DNA of 64,000 nt. It comes from a virus. Under the pieces are notes generated by a model. That model did no database searches. It had not been told where the DNA came from and saw nothing but the letters and a program-made list of their open reading frames with translations. Of this stretch, positions 17,313-26,856 are shown one piece after another. Positions within the stretch are counted from its first letter, which is position 1. The number at the start of each line of letters is the position of its first letter. The DNA is taken from the IMG/VR virus record IMGVR_UViG_3300035698_022838, positions 32,001 to 96,000 of that record; one strand, written 5' to 3'. The position numbers and the translations under genes were made by a program.

Positions 17313-18338
17313 TTAAAGGTCTTTGTATAGATCATCTAATGATGATGCTGCGTTTCCAGTTGTTACCAGAGGTGCAACTGGAGGTGCAACTGGAGGCGTA
17401 GTATTTTCGCCGATCTTAGTTGCATTAACTTCTTCGTGAATTTTACCTATATCATTTCCAGCTGGTGGAACATGTGCAGGTATTTCTACTGGTGGTGTTT
17501 CCACTGGTGGTATTGATGCAGCTGTTGGCGTTGATGTAGCTGCTATATTTACACTACCAATTACTTCATTAACCATTCTACCATCAGGCACAGTAGCTTG
17601 GATGATACCCAAGACTCTTTCAGTTAATGCGCTATCCCAATCCTTATATTCGAAACTAGTCAAGTTATCAGGTCCAGTTTTTAGGAATTCCATAATAGTA
17701 TCCATATCTGTCTGATTTTTTGCCATTGATTTTCCTTCTACTGCAATCGCACAAGGATCACCTACGAACGAACACATATCATAATTATTCCATTCGCCAA
17801 CTTTCCTAGTGTGTATATTGAAAAGTTTACCTTCGAAAAGATCGAATGGATTACATGACTTAGAATAAGATGAGGTAGGCTTAATTTGTGCTTCTAGCAT
17901 CTCGTTGACTTTCTTTCCGTATTTGAAAATCATGATTTTGCCTTCGAATTCTGCATTGTTTTTATCTTCTACAATTTGTACTAGAGAATAATAATCCTCT
18001 TTCCTACCAAAATTCTTAGCTAAATCTTGGTCTGCTGCAGAATGCGAATTCTTAAGCTTCCAAAACATATCCTTTAATATAGATTTCTTACCAACTGTTG
18101 ACGGGCAATCCACTGGGAAGCTGTCTCCTGTAGCAGGGTCATCTAAATAAACGTAATACTTTTGGATTTTGGATTTGGAAACATCTGCGTGGTTTGGTAA
18201 AAACCTGATGATTGATTCGTAGATACCGTCTTTTCCGTTTTCTGGGTATGGCTTATAAAAGCCTGAATCCGTTCCTTCTCCTTTTGGTTTGTTTACAAAA
18301 TCTTGGGTGTCCAAGTTAAAAATGTCTAAATTACTCAT
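17313..18338 (-). CDS. gp32: T4 gp32-like single-stranded DNA-binding protein
   Basis: IIRFLP, CPSTVG, EGKIMIFKYGKK, NPFDLFEG, NYD..SF; acidic tail LDDLYKDL. Confidence 0.93.
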   Translation of the reverse strand: MSNLDIFNLDTQDFVNKPKGEGTDSGFYKPYPENGKDGIYESIIRFLPNHADVSKSKIQKYYVYLDDPATGDSFPVDCPSTVGKKSILKDMFWKLKNSHSAADQDLAKNFGRKEDYYSLVQIVEDKNNAEFEGKIMIFKYGKKVNEMLEAQIKPTSSYSKSCNPFDLFEGKLFNIHTRKVGEWNNYDMCSFVGDPCAIAVEGKSMAKNQTDMDTIMEFLKTGPDNLTSFEYKDWDSALTERVLGIIQATVPDGRMVNEVIGSVNIAATSTPTAASIPPVETPPVEIPAHVPPAGNDIGKIHEEVNATKIGENTTPPVAPPVAPLVTTGNAASSLDDLYKDL

Positions 18339-18339
18339 A

Positions 18340-18403
18340 TTCCTTAAATTATTTTTGAATGTTTCTTAATATTATCTCTAAATTCCTTAAAAGTTTCCCT
18401 TAA
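18340..18403 (-). promoter_or_regulatory. gp32 leader with four TTAAG(G)AA repeats (putative autogenous operator) and a GAAAC-N16-GATAAT promoter-like element
   Basis: Repeats at 18340-47, 18362-69, 18383-90 and 18395-403. Confidence 0.5.
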
Positions 18404-18406
18404 AGT

Positions 18407-19084
18407 CTATATATCTTTTTTTTCTTCTGAAAAGTGTGATTTTAGGAATAAAGTTACCCAAAATGCGTCAATTAAATCATCTATAGGCTTATTGATAGCC
18501 AATGACTTAGTGATCCACTCTTCCTTATTATCAGCAAGTATAGTAGTGAAGATTTCCAAATTAGTTTCATCCTCTTTATGATTAATTATTACATCATATA
18601 ACTCATGCTTTTTAGCATTACCCTTAAATGCAAACTTCTTTACTGTAGTAGGAGAGAATACGTAAAAGTTTTCGCTACCTACCATTTCTATTATCTCTTT
18701 TCTCAATAAAGCAGTGGCCATTGATATGTCAATTAAAGCATTACCAGCGGAAGCAAAACTTAGTCCCTCTATAGCTACTACGAACTCATCATCACCTACA
18801 AGCTCTAAAATTCTAGACCAAAATTTATCAACTAATTCTATGAAATAATCAATCTTAATTCTTTCTCGCTCGACGTAATCCTTTGGTATAACTTTCTTAT
18901 CCATGAAGATAAGGTCCACCATATCAACATCATCTAAGATTGCAAAAGGCTTTACCTTAGTTTTTTTGAGTGACTCTGGTGTACGTTCGCTTCTAGTTAA
19001 AGAGCCAAAGTGAAATTGATTATCTTTTAATATGCAAAATGCAGGGGAATTTAACGAGAAGTCAATACCAACTAGTGTTTTCAA
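18407..19084 (-). CDS. RuvC-like (RNase H fold) Holliday-junction resolvase/nuclease
   Basis: LVGIDFSLNSPA, VAIEG.SF, SPTTVKKFA.KGNA.K, DDLIDA. Confidence 0.8.
   Translation of the reverse strand: MKTLVGIDFSLNSPAFCILKDNQFHFGSLTRSERTPESLKKTKVKPFAILDDVDMVDLIFMDKKVIPKDYVERERIKIDYFIELVDKFWSRILELVGDDEFVVAIEGLSFASAGNALIDISMATALLRKEIIEMVGSENFYVFSPTTVKKFAFKGNAKKHELYDVIINHKEDETNLEIFTTILADNKEEWITKSLAINKPIDDLIDAFWVTLFLKSHFSEEKKDI
18408..18415 (-). promoter_or_regulatory. GATATATA putative late promoter
   Basis: Upstream of the gp32 leader. Confidence 0.5.
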
Positions 19085-19110
19085 TGTATTAGTTTTAAAT
19101 GGTTATGGTG

Positions 19111-19118
19111 TATATATC
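19111..19118 (-). promoter_or_regulatory. GATATATA putative late promoter
   Basis: Just after a terminator, upstream of the RuvC-like gene. Confidence 0.65.
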
Positions 19119-19123
19119 ACCAC

Positions 19124-19149
19124 AAAAAAAGAGGGAAATAATCCCTCTC
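19124..19149 (-). terminator. Intrinsic terminator
   Basis: Minus strand AGAGGGA-TTATT-TCCCTC-TTTTTTT. Confidence 0.8.
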
Positions 19150-19170
19150 AAATAAATTATGTGGTTAATC

Positions 19171-19416
19171 TTAGATAGCAGGTTTTACCGCTTCTCCTTT
19201 TTTACCAGTGTAGTTGTATTCATTTGTTAGTTTATCATAACATTTTTTCATAGATTCTTCCGTTAAACAATCGACAATGTCATTTAAAACTCTTTGGTCG
19301 TTACCTGAAGCAGCAACTAAAAGATCTTTCATGTGTTGTTTTAGATCTGCTTTACCTGCCATAGGTTGGCCATATTTCATTTCGTTAATCTTTTCTAGGT
19401 CTGAATATGTTTTCAT
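19171..19416 (-). CDS. Small probable internal head protein
   Basis: MKTYSDLEKINE resembles the T4 capsid-targeting sequence MKTYQEFIAE; own GATATATA motif and terminator. Confidence 0.7.
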   Translation of the reverse strand: MKTYSDLEKINEMKYGQPMAGKADLKQHMKDLLVAASGNDQRVLNDIVDCLTEESMKKCYDKLTNEYNYTGKKGEAVKPAI

Positions 19417-19437
19417 AATATTATATTTTTTCTATCT

Positions 19438-19445
19438 TATATATC
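19438..19445 (-). promoter_or_regulatory. GATATATA putative late promoter
   Basis: Upstream of the gene at 19416. Confidence 0.65.
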
Positions 19446-20006
19446 TTACTCGTCTTTACCAATTTCGAGATCCACGTCCATATAGTTACATTTAAACATA
19501 ACATTGAATGTATGTACTGCTGGAGCATTCTGTGTATAGCTCAATTCTAGGTTAGACATTCCAGTAACTGTAACTTCTTTAAACATCAAAGTAGTTACGA
19601 TTACTCCATCATTATTAAGTATTCTAACTGGTAAATTTTGTATGAAAAGTTCCTTATTTTTGAAATTTAACTTATCTAGAATTGTTTCTAGCATTATAAA
19701 GTAATTTATAAAACCTGACGAAATTCTAAAAGAAACTTCGAAATCTCTACTAAATAAATCCTGTACCGGTGTAGCACTTTGATAATTAACTATTTTACCA
19801 AGGTTCCTAACTTGCTGAACAAGATCTATATTAATTGATGGAATAGCAACACTTTGTATAGTACTGTTCATATATGACGTTAATGTATCATAAGGATTCG
19901 GTGTTTTCTTTAGGTAGTCTATATATTTTTTATGCACCCTGTCAGGAAAAAATCCTTTTGGGAATACAAAATAAAAACTATTACCTCTTGCGTTTAATAT
20001 AGCCAT
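19446..20006 (-). CDS. T4 gp3-like tail tube terminator / tail completion protein
   Basis: QSVAIPSI and ILNN.G....L.FK...V..MSNLELSY follow the gp3/tail-tube fold pattern. Confidence 0.65.
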   Translation of the reverse strand: MAILNARGNSFYFVFPKGFFPDRVHKKYIDYLKKTPNPYDTLTSYMNSTIQSVAIPSINIDLVQQVRNLGKIVNYQSATPVQDLFSRDFEVSFRISSGFINYFIMLETILDKLNFKNKELFIQNLPVRILNNDGVIVTTLMFKEVTVTGMSNLELSYTQNAPAVHTFNVMFKCNYMDVDLEIGKDE

Positions 20007-20015
20007 AATTTTCTA

Positions 20016-22577
20016 TTATACTTGATGTGGGAATCTCGGGTTTCCGCCAGGACGTCCTGAACCTCCGCTATCACTTCCGCTTTGATTTGATGAAGATCCT
20101 CCTTGTGAAGCAGAACCACCATTACTCTGTCCTCCTTCAGTATTCCCGTAATTATCTAAAAGAATCATATCTCTAGCACTAAATATACCAGAAACAGCTA
20201 CTTTAAATATTGCTTTATCTATACCTTCATATAATTTAAAACCAGGAGACGATGGATCTAAGAAATATTTTATAATTTCATTAGTTGTCCAACCTAACGC
20301 GATTTTTCCTTGTACATCAGATGCTATAGATGAAACTAGTTCTTTCATAGCAAGTTTAGCTGGTATCGGACTTGGTTTAACTGGATCTGCTGTTCCTGAA
20401 GTTCCTGATTTTTTACCACCTTTACTTCCACTTACTTGCCAAGAACTCTTACCAACGCCCTTTTTACTAGCTACTTCTGTAGTAGTTTTACTATCTAATA
20501 TTACTTTAGTTTCATCTAATATTGAGGTAACACTTGGTTCATCTTTACCTTCTCCTTCTTTAAGCCATTTACCCCAATAAATAGTAGATGTTGACTTAGA
20601 AGTTATTCTAGCACTATTTCTTGATATCTTCTTGGATGTACCAAAAACCGAACTCTCTTTAGCTGCCATAGTAATATCCTTGATTGAATCATCTAATGCA
20701 ACTGACTTTTTAGCAAGTCTCTCTTTAACTGAACTAACCTTAGATATGCCAAGAGGTGATTCAGGTAAAGTACTATCAGAAGGTCTATTACTGATATAGA
20801 AATTTCTGTTTGTAAATTGGAGTACCTGCGTGGAAAGAGATTCATCAACTTTAAAAGCAAGTTCTCCTTTACCTGGATTTGCTAGATTTTTATCAGTTAT
20901 ACTTGGTGCAGATACTTTGTTAGTTTTATTATCAATAAATACCATTGTATAATTTCCAGATGCTGATAGATCTAATTCTTTAGTACTCCCATCTCCACTT
21001 TTTTGGTATAATGTAAATTTATAATAGTTATCAAATGGGGATATTGTTATATGTGCTTTACCCATACCATATGAAATTGGTAATCTTCTTAAATTACCAT
21101 CATCTGAATTAGTGCTTATTCTTCTAGTTGGATCAGTATTTATTTCACTTAAACTGGTACCAATTTCTCTAGTATTAGCTCTTTCTGAACGAATACCGAT
21201 TTCCTTAATATCAGTTCCACCAATATTAAGATTTGATACTGTAGTATTAACAGAAACTTTATCTATAAACACATTAGAATATTTAACTATTTGCTCCACT
21301 AGTGGCACTTCCTCGGGTATTGATATATCTACTCGGTTTGCTACTTTATTATAAATCTTTTGTTGTTGGGGTAATATAGATAACGTCAATGGAGTTATAG
21401 TTAAACCATAGCTACTAGGATCACTAGATGTATATGTTGCTATTCTAATTAATCTGGATTGATCTTTTGAATTAATTAAAGTCATTGTATATCTTAATGT
21501 AAAACTTGTCGCAACTGATGCATATTGTACGATTGGTCTAAATAATAGAGGTACATCATAAGCACTTGTTTGTATACTCGTAAAGTTAGACGTTTCAATT
21601 AATGCTGCACCTATTTGCTCTAATACCTCTATTGCATGTTGAATATAATAGCTATTTCCTATAGAATTTTGAAATAAAATAAAATCTTCAGGAAATCCAC
21701 CATTATCAGTTGCAAAATACTCAAAGAAATCTCCAGTGTCAGCAGGACCTATATGTGCACCAAGATCGCTATATGGATCAGTAGTTTCTAATGATAGTAA
21801 TGCTGATAGTTGTGTACCATAAGTATCATAACCACTAGTCGGTGTTGTATTTAATATCTCATAAGCTTTTATTCTTATTGGTGGTCCCATGAGATAACCA
21901 TTTCCACTTTTACTTGTAAGAGCACTTAATGTTTTTGGTTTATTTGAAGCTGAAGCTGCCTGATATTTATTATTCATATCAGCTAAACTAGGTATTTTAA
22001 CTTCAAAATATTTATCATATATATTAGCTCCAATCGTTAATGGACTTGGATTTAATGTATATTCTTGAACAGAACCCTTAGAGATTTTAATCTGTGAAAC
22101 AGTAACGTATGATCCATCAGTATCTGGATATTGTATAGTTACAATTAAGCCATCTATATTATCCAGATTATAACCAGCTAAAATGTGATACCTAACGCTA
22201 TCGTAAATCACGCTAATATTACTTGGAAATGTGATTTCTAAATTTGCAGTAGATGTTAAACCACTATTAAAATCGTTATATGGTATAATTAAATTTGGAT
22301 TTAATGTTATGAACGAACTATCAGTTACCTTAACTACACTATTGAGACGTGTATTCTGAGTAATTGATGAATCCTCATCTAAGTTGAAAATTTGGGCATC
22401 ATTTGTAACTTCACCATTAGTATCGGTTAAAACGCCATTAATGAGTTTATTATACCCAACTGTTGTCACTCCAGTATTAACTGGATACGTCTCAGGATTT
22501 GGTTGATCTGCATACAAGTATTCCATTACCAGGTAAGGAGCTAATTGTACATATTTTGATGTGGTTGTGAAACTCAT
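20016..22577 (-). CDS. Large virion structural protein (tail/neck associated)
   Basis: 853 aa, S/T/G/N-rich, within the structural operon. Confidence 0.6.
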   Translation of the reverse strand: MSFTTTSKYVQLAPYLVMEYLYADQPNPETYPVNTGVTTVGYNKLINGVLTDTNGEVTNDAQIFNLDEDSSITQNTRLNSVVKVTDSSFITLNPNLIIPYNDFNSGLTSTANLEITFPSNISVIYDSVRYHILAGYNLDNIDGLIVTIQYPDTDGSYVTVSQIKISKGSVQEYTLNPSPLTIGANIYDKYFEVKIPSLADMNNKYQAASASNKPKTLSALTSKSGNGYLMGPPIRIKAYEILNTTPTSGYDTYGTQLSALLSLETTDPYSDLGAHIGPADTGDFFEYFATDNGGFPEDFILFQNSIGNSYYIQHAIEVLEQIGAALIETSNFTSIQTSAYDVPLLFRPIVQYASVATSFTLRYTMTLINSKDQSRLIRIATYTSSDPSSYGLTITPLTLSILPQQQKIYNKVANRVDISIPEEVPLVEQIVKYSNVFIDKVSVNTTVSNLNIGGTDIKEIGIRSERANTREIGTSLSEINTDPTRRISTNSDDGNLRRLPISYGMGKAHITISPFDNYYKFTLYQKSGDGSTKELDLSASGNYTMVFIDNKTNKVSAPSITDKNLANPGKGELAFKVDESLSTQVLQFTNRNFYISNRPSDSTLPESPLGISKVSSVKERLAKKSVALDDSIKDITMAAKESSVFGTSKKISRNSARITSKSTSTIYWGKWLKEGEGKDEPSVTSILDETKVILDSKTTTEVASKKGVGKSSWQVSGSKGGKKSGTSGTADPVKPSPIPAKLAMKELVSSIASDVQGKIALGWTTNEIIKYFLDPSSPGFKLYEGIDKAIFKVAVSGIFSARDMILLDNYGNTEGGQSNGGSASQGGSSSNQSGSDSGGSGRPGGNPRFPHQV

Positions 22578-22590
22578 TTAACTATATATT

Positions 22591-23409
22591 TTATTTTCCA
22601 AATTGAAGCCATTTAGGTGAATAATAAATACCTACACCTATCATAGGTCCACTTGAATATCCATTCTCACTGAAAAGAAGTCCATATCCAGCATTGAAAC
22701 CAATACCAAATGATTTTCTTTCATCTCTAAGTGCTTTTCTTGTTTCAGTATCTACTATATCCAATGCTTTTATATCATTAAATGTGATATTTGGATATTT
22801 GGTTGATATTCTAACATAAAGCATACCATCTTTAGGGTTTCTATATAAACCAGTAGTTAAACTAACTTTTTGCGATATATTCAACTGCGCTTTATCAGCA
22901 AACAACAGTGGTTTGAAATTAAACTTATTGGTTGATTCATCTAAAGTACTATCCAATTCTAAGGTGTATGGAATTTTCACGTCTATTTTTAGATCATTAT
23001 CACCAGGAAGATCTGGGTTATGTACGAACGAAAGACTAGTATCTGGGTTCATAAAGACAGGGATTTCCACTATACTATCAATATAGACATATTTATATTC
23101 AATTACTGTTTTTGGCTTCTTACCTTTTACTAATTCAAGTTCAGCAATTATTTTCTTCTGTTCCTTGGATAGTTCTTTATATTTTAACTCGAGTGCAGCT
23201 TTTTCAGAAATTGTACTTCCCATCTCAGATTTTATAGATTTTATGGAATCATTCTGAGCTATATAATTTCTATAATTTCTATCTGCTTCATCTTTAGCTT
23301 CAGCTGATACGTCACATTGTCTGAACAATAAGAATATAAGTCCTGCAATCACTATAAATAATGTTAATTTAGAACTTAAGATTTCTAATATTTTACTTAT
23401 TTTTATCAT
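22591..23409 (-). CDS. Membrane-anchored coiled-coil protein, putative spanin/Rz-like lysis protein
   Basis: N-terminal TM helix followed by Cys, a coiled coil, and C-terminal FGIGFNAGYG...GVGIYYS hairpin. Confidence 0.5.
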   Translation of the reverse strand: MIKISKILEILSSKLTLFIVIAGLIFLLFRQCDVSAEAKDEADRNYRNYIAQNDSIKSIKSEMGSTISEKAALELKYKELSKEQKKIIAELELVKGKKPKTVIEYKYVYIDSIVEIPVFMNPDTSLSFVHNPDLPGDNDLKIDVKIPYTLELDSTLDESTNKFNFKPLLFADKAQLNISQKVSLTTGLYRNPKDGMLYVRISTKYPNITFNDIKALDIVDTETRKALRDERKSFGIGFNAGYGLLFSENGYSSGPMIGVGIYYSPKWLQFGK

Positions 23410-23641
23410 CTATTTTATATGTTAATTGGATAGGATCTAATACACCCTGACCGTATTTCTTACTTAACTTCTCTACAAAAGTTCTCTCTTCATTTCTTAT
23501 TTTTTCTAAATTATCCAATAATTCATTAATACGAATTGATAATCCTTCCATTTCATTCTGGGTAATTTGGATTTCTGATCTATTTGATCTGAAATCGTCC
23601 TTTATTCTATTTGCTTTCTCTATTTCTTTTTTTGTTAGCAT
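23393..23641 (-). CDS. Small coiled-coil protein
   Basis: 82 aa; L.KKYG.G.LD ending. Confidence 0.65.
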   Translation of the reverse strand: MLTKKEIEKANRIKDDFRSNRSEIQITQNEMEGLSIRINELLDNLEKIRNEERTFVEKLSKKYGQGVLDPIQLTYKIDDKNK

Positions 23642-23655
23642 ATTTATTTAATTAA

Positions 23656-25275
23656 TTAGCTTTTAGGTCCTATTGGGTCTGGATCAAATGGATCACTACT
23701 AGTTGACCCGCCAATTGGATCAATTGATCCGGGTATTACATAAACATAAGAAATCCAACCACATTTAAAATTACTATCTGGTCCGGTACCTCCGCCAGCA
23801 AATGTCCTATAGAAAGCTTCTGTTTTACCACTAAAAAATGTTAATTCGATATGTCTACATCCACCAGTAGCTCCAGTACCACCATCAGGAATACCAACAG
23901 TAATATCACTCCATGGGGGATATTGTTTCATTCTTATCCCACCAAAAGAATATTTATCACTATCCAAAAAGAAATTAAATGTTCTTTTCTTTGAACTTGA
24001 TACATCAACCCAAGAAAAATCATTACCTAGAGATAAATAAAATCTATCTGCATTACCATCAGATAAAGGAATTTTAGTATTTCCAATCTTTAAAGGGGTT
24101 ATTGTAACCTCATCACTAGATGGGACAGCTTCGACATAATTATTATTATAAGAACCTTTAGTAAATCTAGGTCCAATTACATAATCAACTAATTGTAAAT
24201 CTTTAACTATTAAACCGTTATCTGTGTCGCCAGTATTTCCAACAATAATTGGCCCATCATTTCTTACTTTAAAAATTGAATCCCCGCTAGCACCAATAGT
24301 ATTTAATAAAAATTTAGAACTATTTATATTATTAGTTTCTACAGATACACCATTACCCTTTGCTATTGTAAGTGTAATGATATTATCCCCTGTTGCAGAA
24401 GCAGTACAACCATCAGATACATTAACATCGAAGGAATTTGTACTTACATTAATATTATTTGATATTAGATTTAATTGTGAATTACTAACAAAACTCGCTG
24501 TTCCACCTTGCATAACAACATAAGTGCCAGTTTGGACATTCATATTACCATTTGAAATAAGAGAAGCAGTCCCACCCGTTGCTGATAATGTAATTTGATC
24601 CCCAGCAGATATAGTAAACTTATCACTACTAGTATATTTGATTGAATAATCGTTCGTCGAAGGAGAAGCCCAATATAAACCAGGTAAATTTGATTGTTGT
24701 TGAAAGGTCTTACCAAAAGCAATAAGAGGATTTTCTGAATCACTATTTGTCTCTATTAATAGCTTGGATAAATTTCGGTTTACATCTTCTATTCCAGCAC
24801 TTCTACTTAACAAAGCAAGACTATAATCTTGTGGTGTTCCTGGACTTCCTTTTATATGAATTGCATTATCTTCTGTTAATCCAGCAGGACCAGAGATTTC
24901 TTCTAGTATATCAAATATTGGAGTACTTAAAAGGCTATCAACTTCTTCCCATTCAAGTACACCATTATCCCATTCATATCTAAAAACTTTTTGATATCCA
25001 GTTGGTCCTAGATTAACCCATATATCGCCCTCATTAGAATCGGATGGTAATGGCTCAGTATAACTAAAATACCAATTAGAAGCTCTATCACCAGTAATCC
25101 CAAGGTTTCCGTCCCTACCAACCTGTCCCTTAATACCGGTTAAACCGGGTTCTCCAATCTCACCAGGTTTACCTATACCATTAAACAGTATTTGATCAAA
25201 GTTATAATTCGTTTTAAGAATTATTGCATCCTTGTTATCACCAGGTAACATATATTTTGTGTTAAAATTACTCAT
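23656..25275 (-). CDS. Tail fibre-like protein with collagen-like segment (start revised from 25371)
   Basis: ATG at 25275 (MSNFNTKYMLPGD) aligns with the N-terminus of the upstream paralog; Gly-X-Y run GKPGEIGEPGLTGIKGQVGRDG. Confidence 0.75.
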   Translation of the reverse strand: MSNFNTKYMLPGDNKDAIILKTNYNFDQILFNGIGKPGEIGEPGLTGIKGQVGRDGNLGITGDRASNWYFSYTEPLPSDSNEGDIWVNLGPTGYQKVFRYEWDNGVLEWEEVDSLLSTPIFDILEEISGPAGLTEDNAIHIKGSPGTPQDYSLALLSRSAGIEDVNRNLSKLLIETNSDSENPLIAFGKTFQQQSNLPGLYWASPSTNDYSIKYTSSDKFTISAGDQITLSATGGTASLISNGNMNVQTGTYVVMQGGTASFVSNSQLNLISNNINVSTNSFDVNVSDGCTASATGDNIITLTIAKGNGVSVETNNINSSKFLLNTIGASGDSIFKVRNDGPIIVGNTGDTDNGLIVKDLQLVDYVIGPRFTKGSYNNNYVEAVPSSDEVTITPLKIGNTKIPLSDGNADRFYLSLGNDFSWVDVSSSKKRTFNFFLDSDKYSFGGIRMKQYPPWSDITVGIPDGGTGATGGCRHIELTFFSGKTEAFYRTFAGGGTGPDSNFKCGWISYVYVIPGSIDPIGGSTSSDPFDPDPIGPKS

Positions 25276-25288
25276 ATAATTATTTGAT

Positions 25289-26815
25289 TTATGGTATGTA
25301 TAAATACCCAGAATCCCCATTACATGAATGGTAAAATACCTTGGATCTATCGGCTGCAACCCCGGCCACAAGTTTTATTATAGTAACATCTACAAACTTA
25401 ACTGGTTCTATAAAATGCACATAAGTGGTTGTTGAGCTCACTGGTAGTGGTGGACTTCCACTCGTATTAACACCCAGATCAGTAATTTTCTTAGTATCAG
25501 GAGCAAAAATTCTTATATTTAAAGATTGACCAACATCTAAATAATCGTCCCAAGTCCCTGCTACCGTAGATAACGGTATGCTAATTCCTCTTCTACCTGA
25601 TGCTGCGAAATCTGCGTATACTGTATTACCACTTCTCATTGCATTAGCACCAGTTACCCCAAATATCCACCAGTCTACATCTAGATCCGTTTCGCTATAT
25701 TTATTATATCCAGTATAGCTAGAATCCTTTATGCCATCAAGATCACTAAATGAATTAATCGTTCTAGCAATATTAATCCTTCCATCGTTTCTAATACCAA
25801 ATTTACTTGTACTACGTGATACAAAATTACCTAAATAATAAGAAGAACTGCTATTACTTGATACTACACGTAAGCCACCGCCATCCCCTGTATTAGTTAC
25901 AGTTAAACCAGGTAGAGATGTGCTTGCAACTATATTAATTGGCATGGATAAGGAAAATAGACTATTATTTACTTGGAATTTCTCTGAAATAAACGTCATA
26001 GTATTTGCACCGGAACTAAATGTCATACTACTGCCAGATGTAATTGACATATTACCATCACTCTGTGCTATAAACTTAGTGCTTGTATTAATATTTATTG
26101 CTCCACCTGTACTATTTAAAGTAAAATCGCCTCCAGTATTTATCGAAAAAGCATCTTGTGGTATGTTTAATAATAAACCATAGTTAGATGTACCGGTACC
26201 CATCCACTTAAAATGTGGATGTCTACCATAATCTTGAATTGTACCAATTCCTAATGCACTATCAGTTTTAGCAAATTCCAATAATGGATAATCGTTTGTC
26301 CCATTAGTAGATATTAATAATTTAGCATAAGTGGGATTAGCATTAGTTAATAATGGGGAATCACTTAAAACTAAAGTGTTTAAGGCTGGAAATGAGCTAT
26401 TGAAAACAATAGCATTTCTATTACTACTTGGACCCCATATATTATAAATGGTTTTAAATACCTCGGTAGCTTTCATATCGTGACCAGTTGATACCCAACC
26501 ACTAGCAGTATATTGAAAAATAGTATTATCACCAGCAACTGTTTGTACCCAATAATCACCATAATATATAGGATCACTACTACCACCAACAGGTTCATTA
26601 GGACTAACAAACCATCTAGTTCCACGTCTTCCTTGCTGTCCTTGATCACCTTTATCTCCCCCGCCACCAATAATCCCTCTTTTTCCTCTTAGCCCCTTTC
26701 TTCCTCTTGGTCCTCCTCCACTATATACTAATGAATCAAAGTTTTGATTCATTTTACTAGCGAGATTTTCCTGTGTATCTCCGGGATTTAATTTTATTAT
26801 ATTTAATTCAGACAT
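25289..26815 (-). CDS. Tail fibre-like protein with collagen-like segment
   Basis: GPRGRKGLRGKRG...GDKGDQGQQGRRGTRW; beta-repeat mid-section. Confidence 0.75.
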   Translation of the reverse strand: MSELNIIKLNPGDTQENLASKMNQNFDSLVYSGGGPRGRKGLRGKRGIIGGGGDKGDQGQQGRRGTRWFVSPNEPVGGSSDPIYYGDYWVQTVAGDNTIFQYTASGWVSTGHDMKATEVFKTIYNIWGPSSNRNAIVFNSSFPALNTLVLSDSPLLTNANPTYAKLLISTNGTNDYPLLEFAKTDSALGIGTIQDYGRHPHFKWMGTGTSNYGLLLNIPQDAFSINTGGDFTLNSTGGAININTSTKFIAQSDGNMSITSGSSMTFSSGANTMTFISEKFQVNNSLFSLSMPINIVASTSLPGLTVTNTGDGGGLRVVSSNSSSSYYLGNFVSRSTSKFGIRNDGRINIARTINSFSDLDGIKDSSYTGYNKYSETDLDVDWWIFGVTGANAMRSGNTVYADFAASGRRGISIPLSTVAGTWDDYLDVGQSLNIRIFAPDTKKITDLGVNTSGSPPLPVSSTTTYVHFIEPVKFVDVTIIKLVAGVAADRSKVFYHSCNGDSGYLYIP

Positions 26816-26856
26816 TGGTTTAATTTCTTTCTTTATATATTCTTATTTTATTCACC

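Noticed and set aside
17369-17396. 12-bp tandem repeat in gp32
   Set aside because: It encodes PPVA repeats in the flexible Pro-rich linker; ordinary low-complexity expansion.
25276-25371. 83-nt overlap between the two fibre genes as a frameshift fusion
   Set aside because: The downstream gene has its own ATG at 25275 matching the paralog's N-terminus, so the overlap is just an upstream open stretch.
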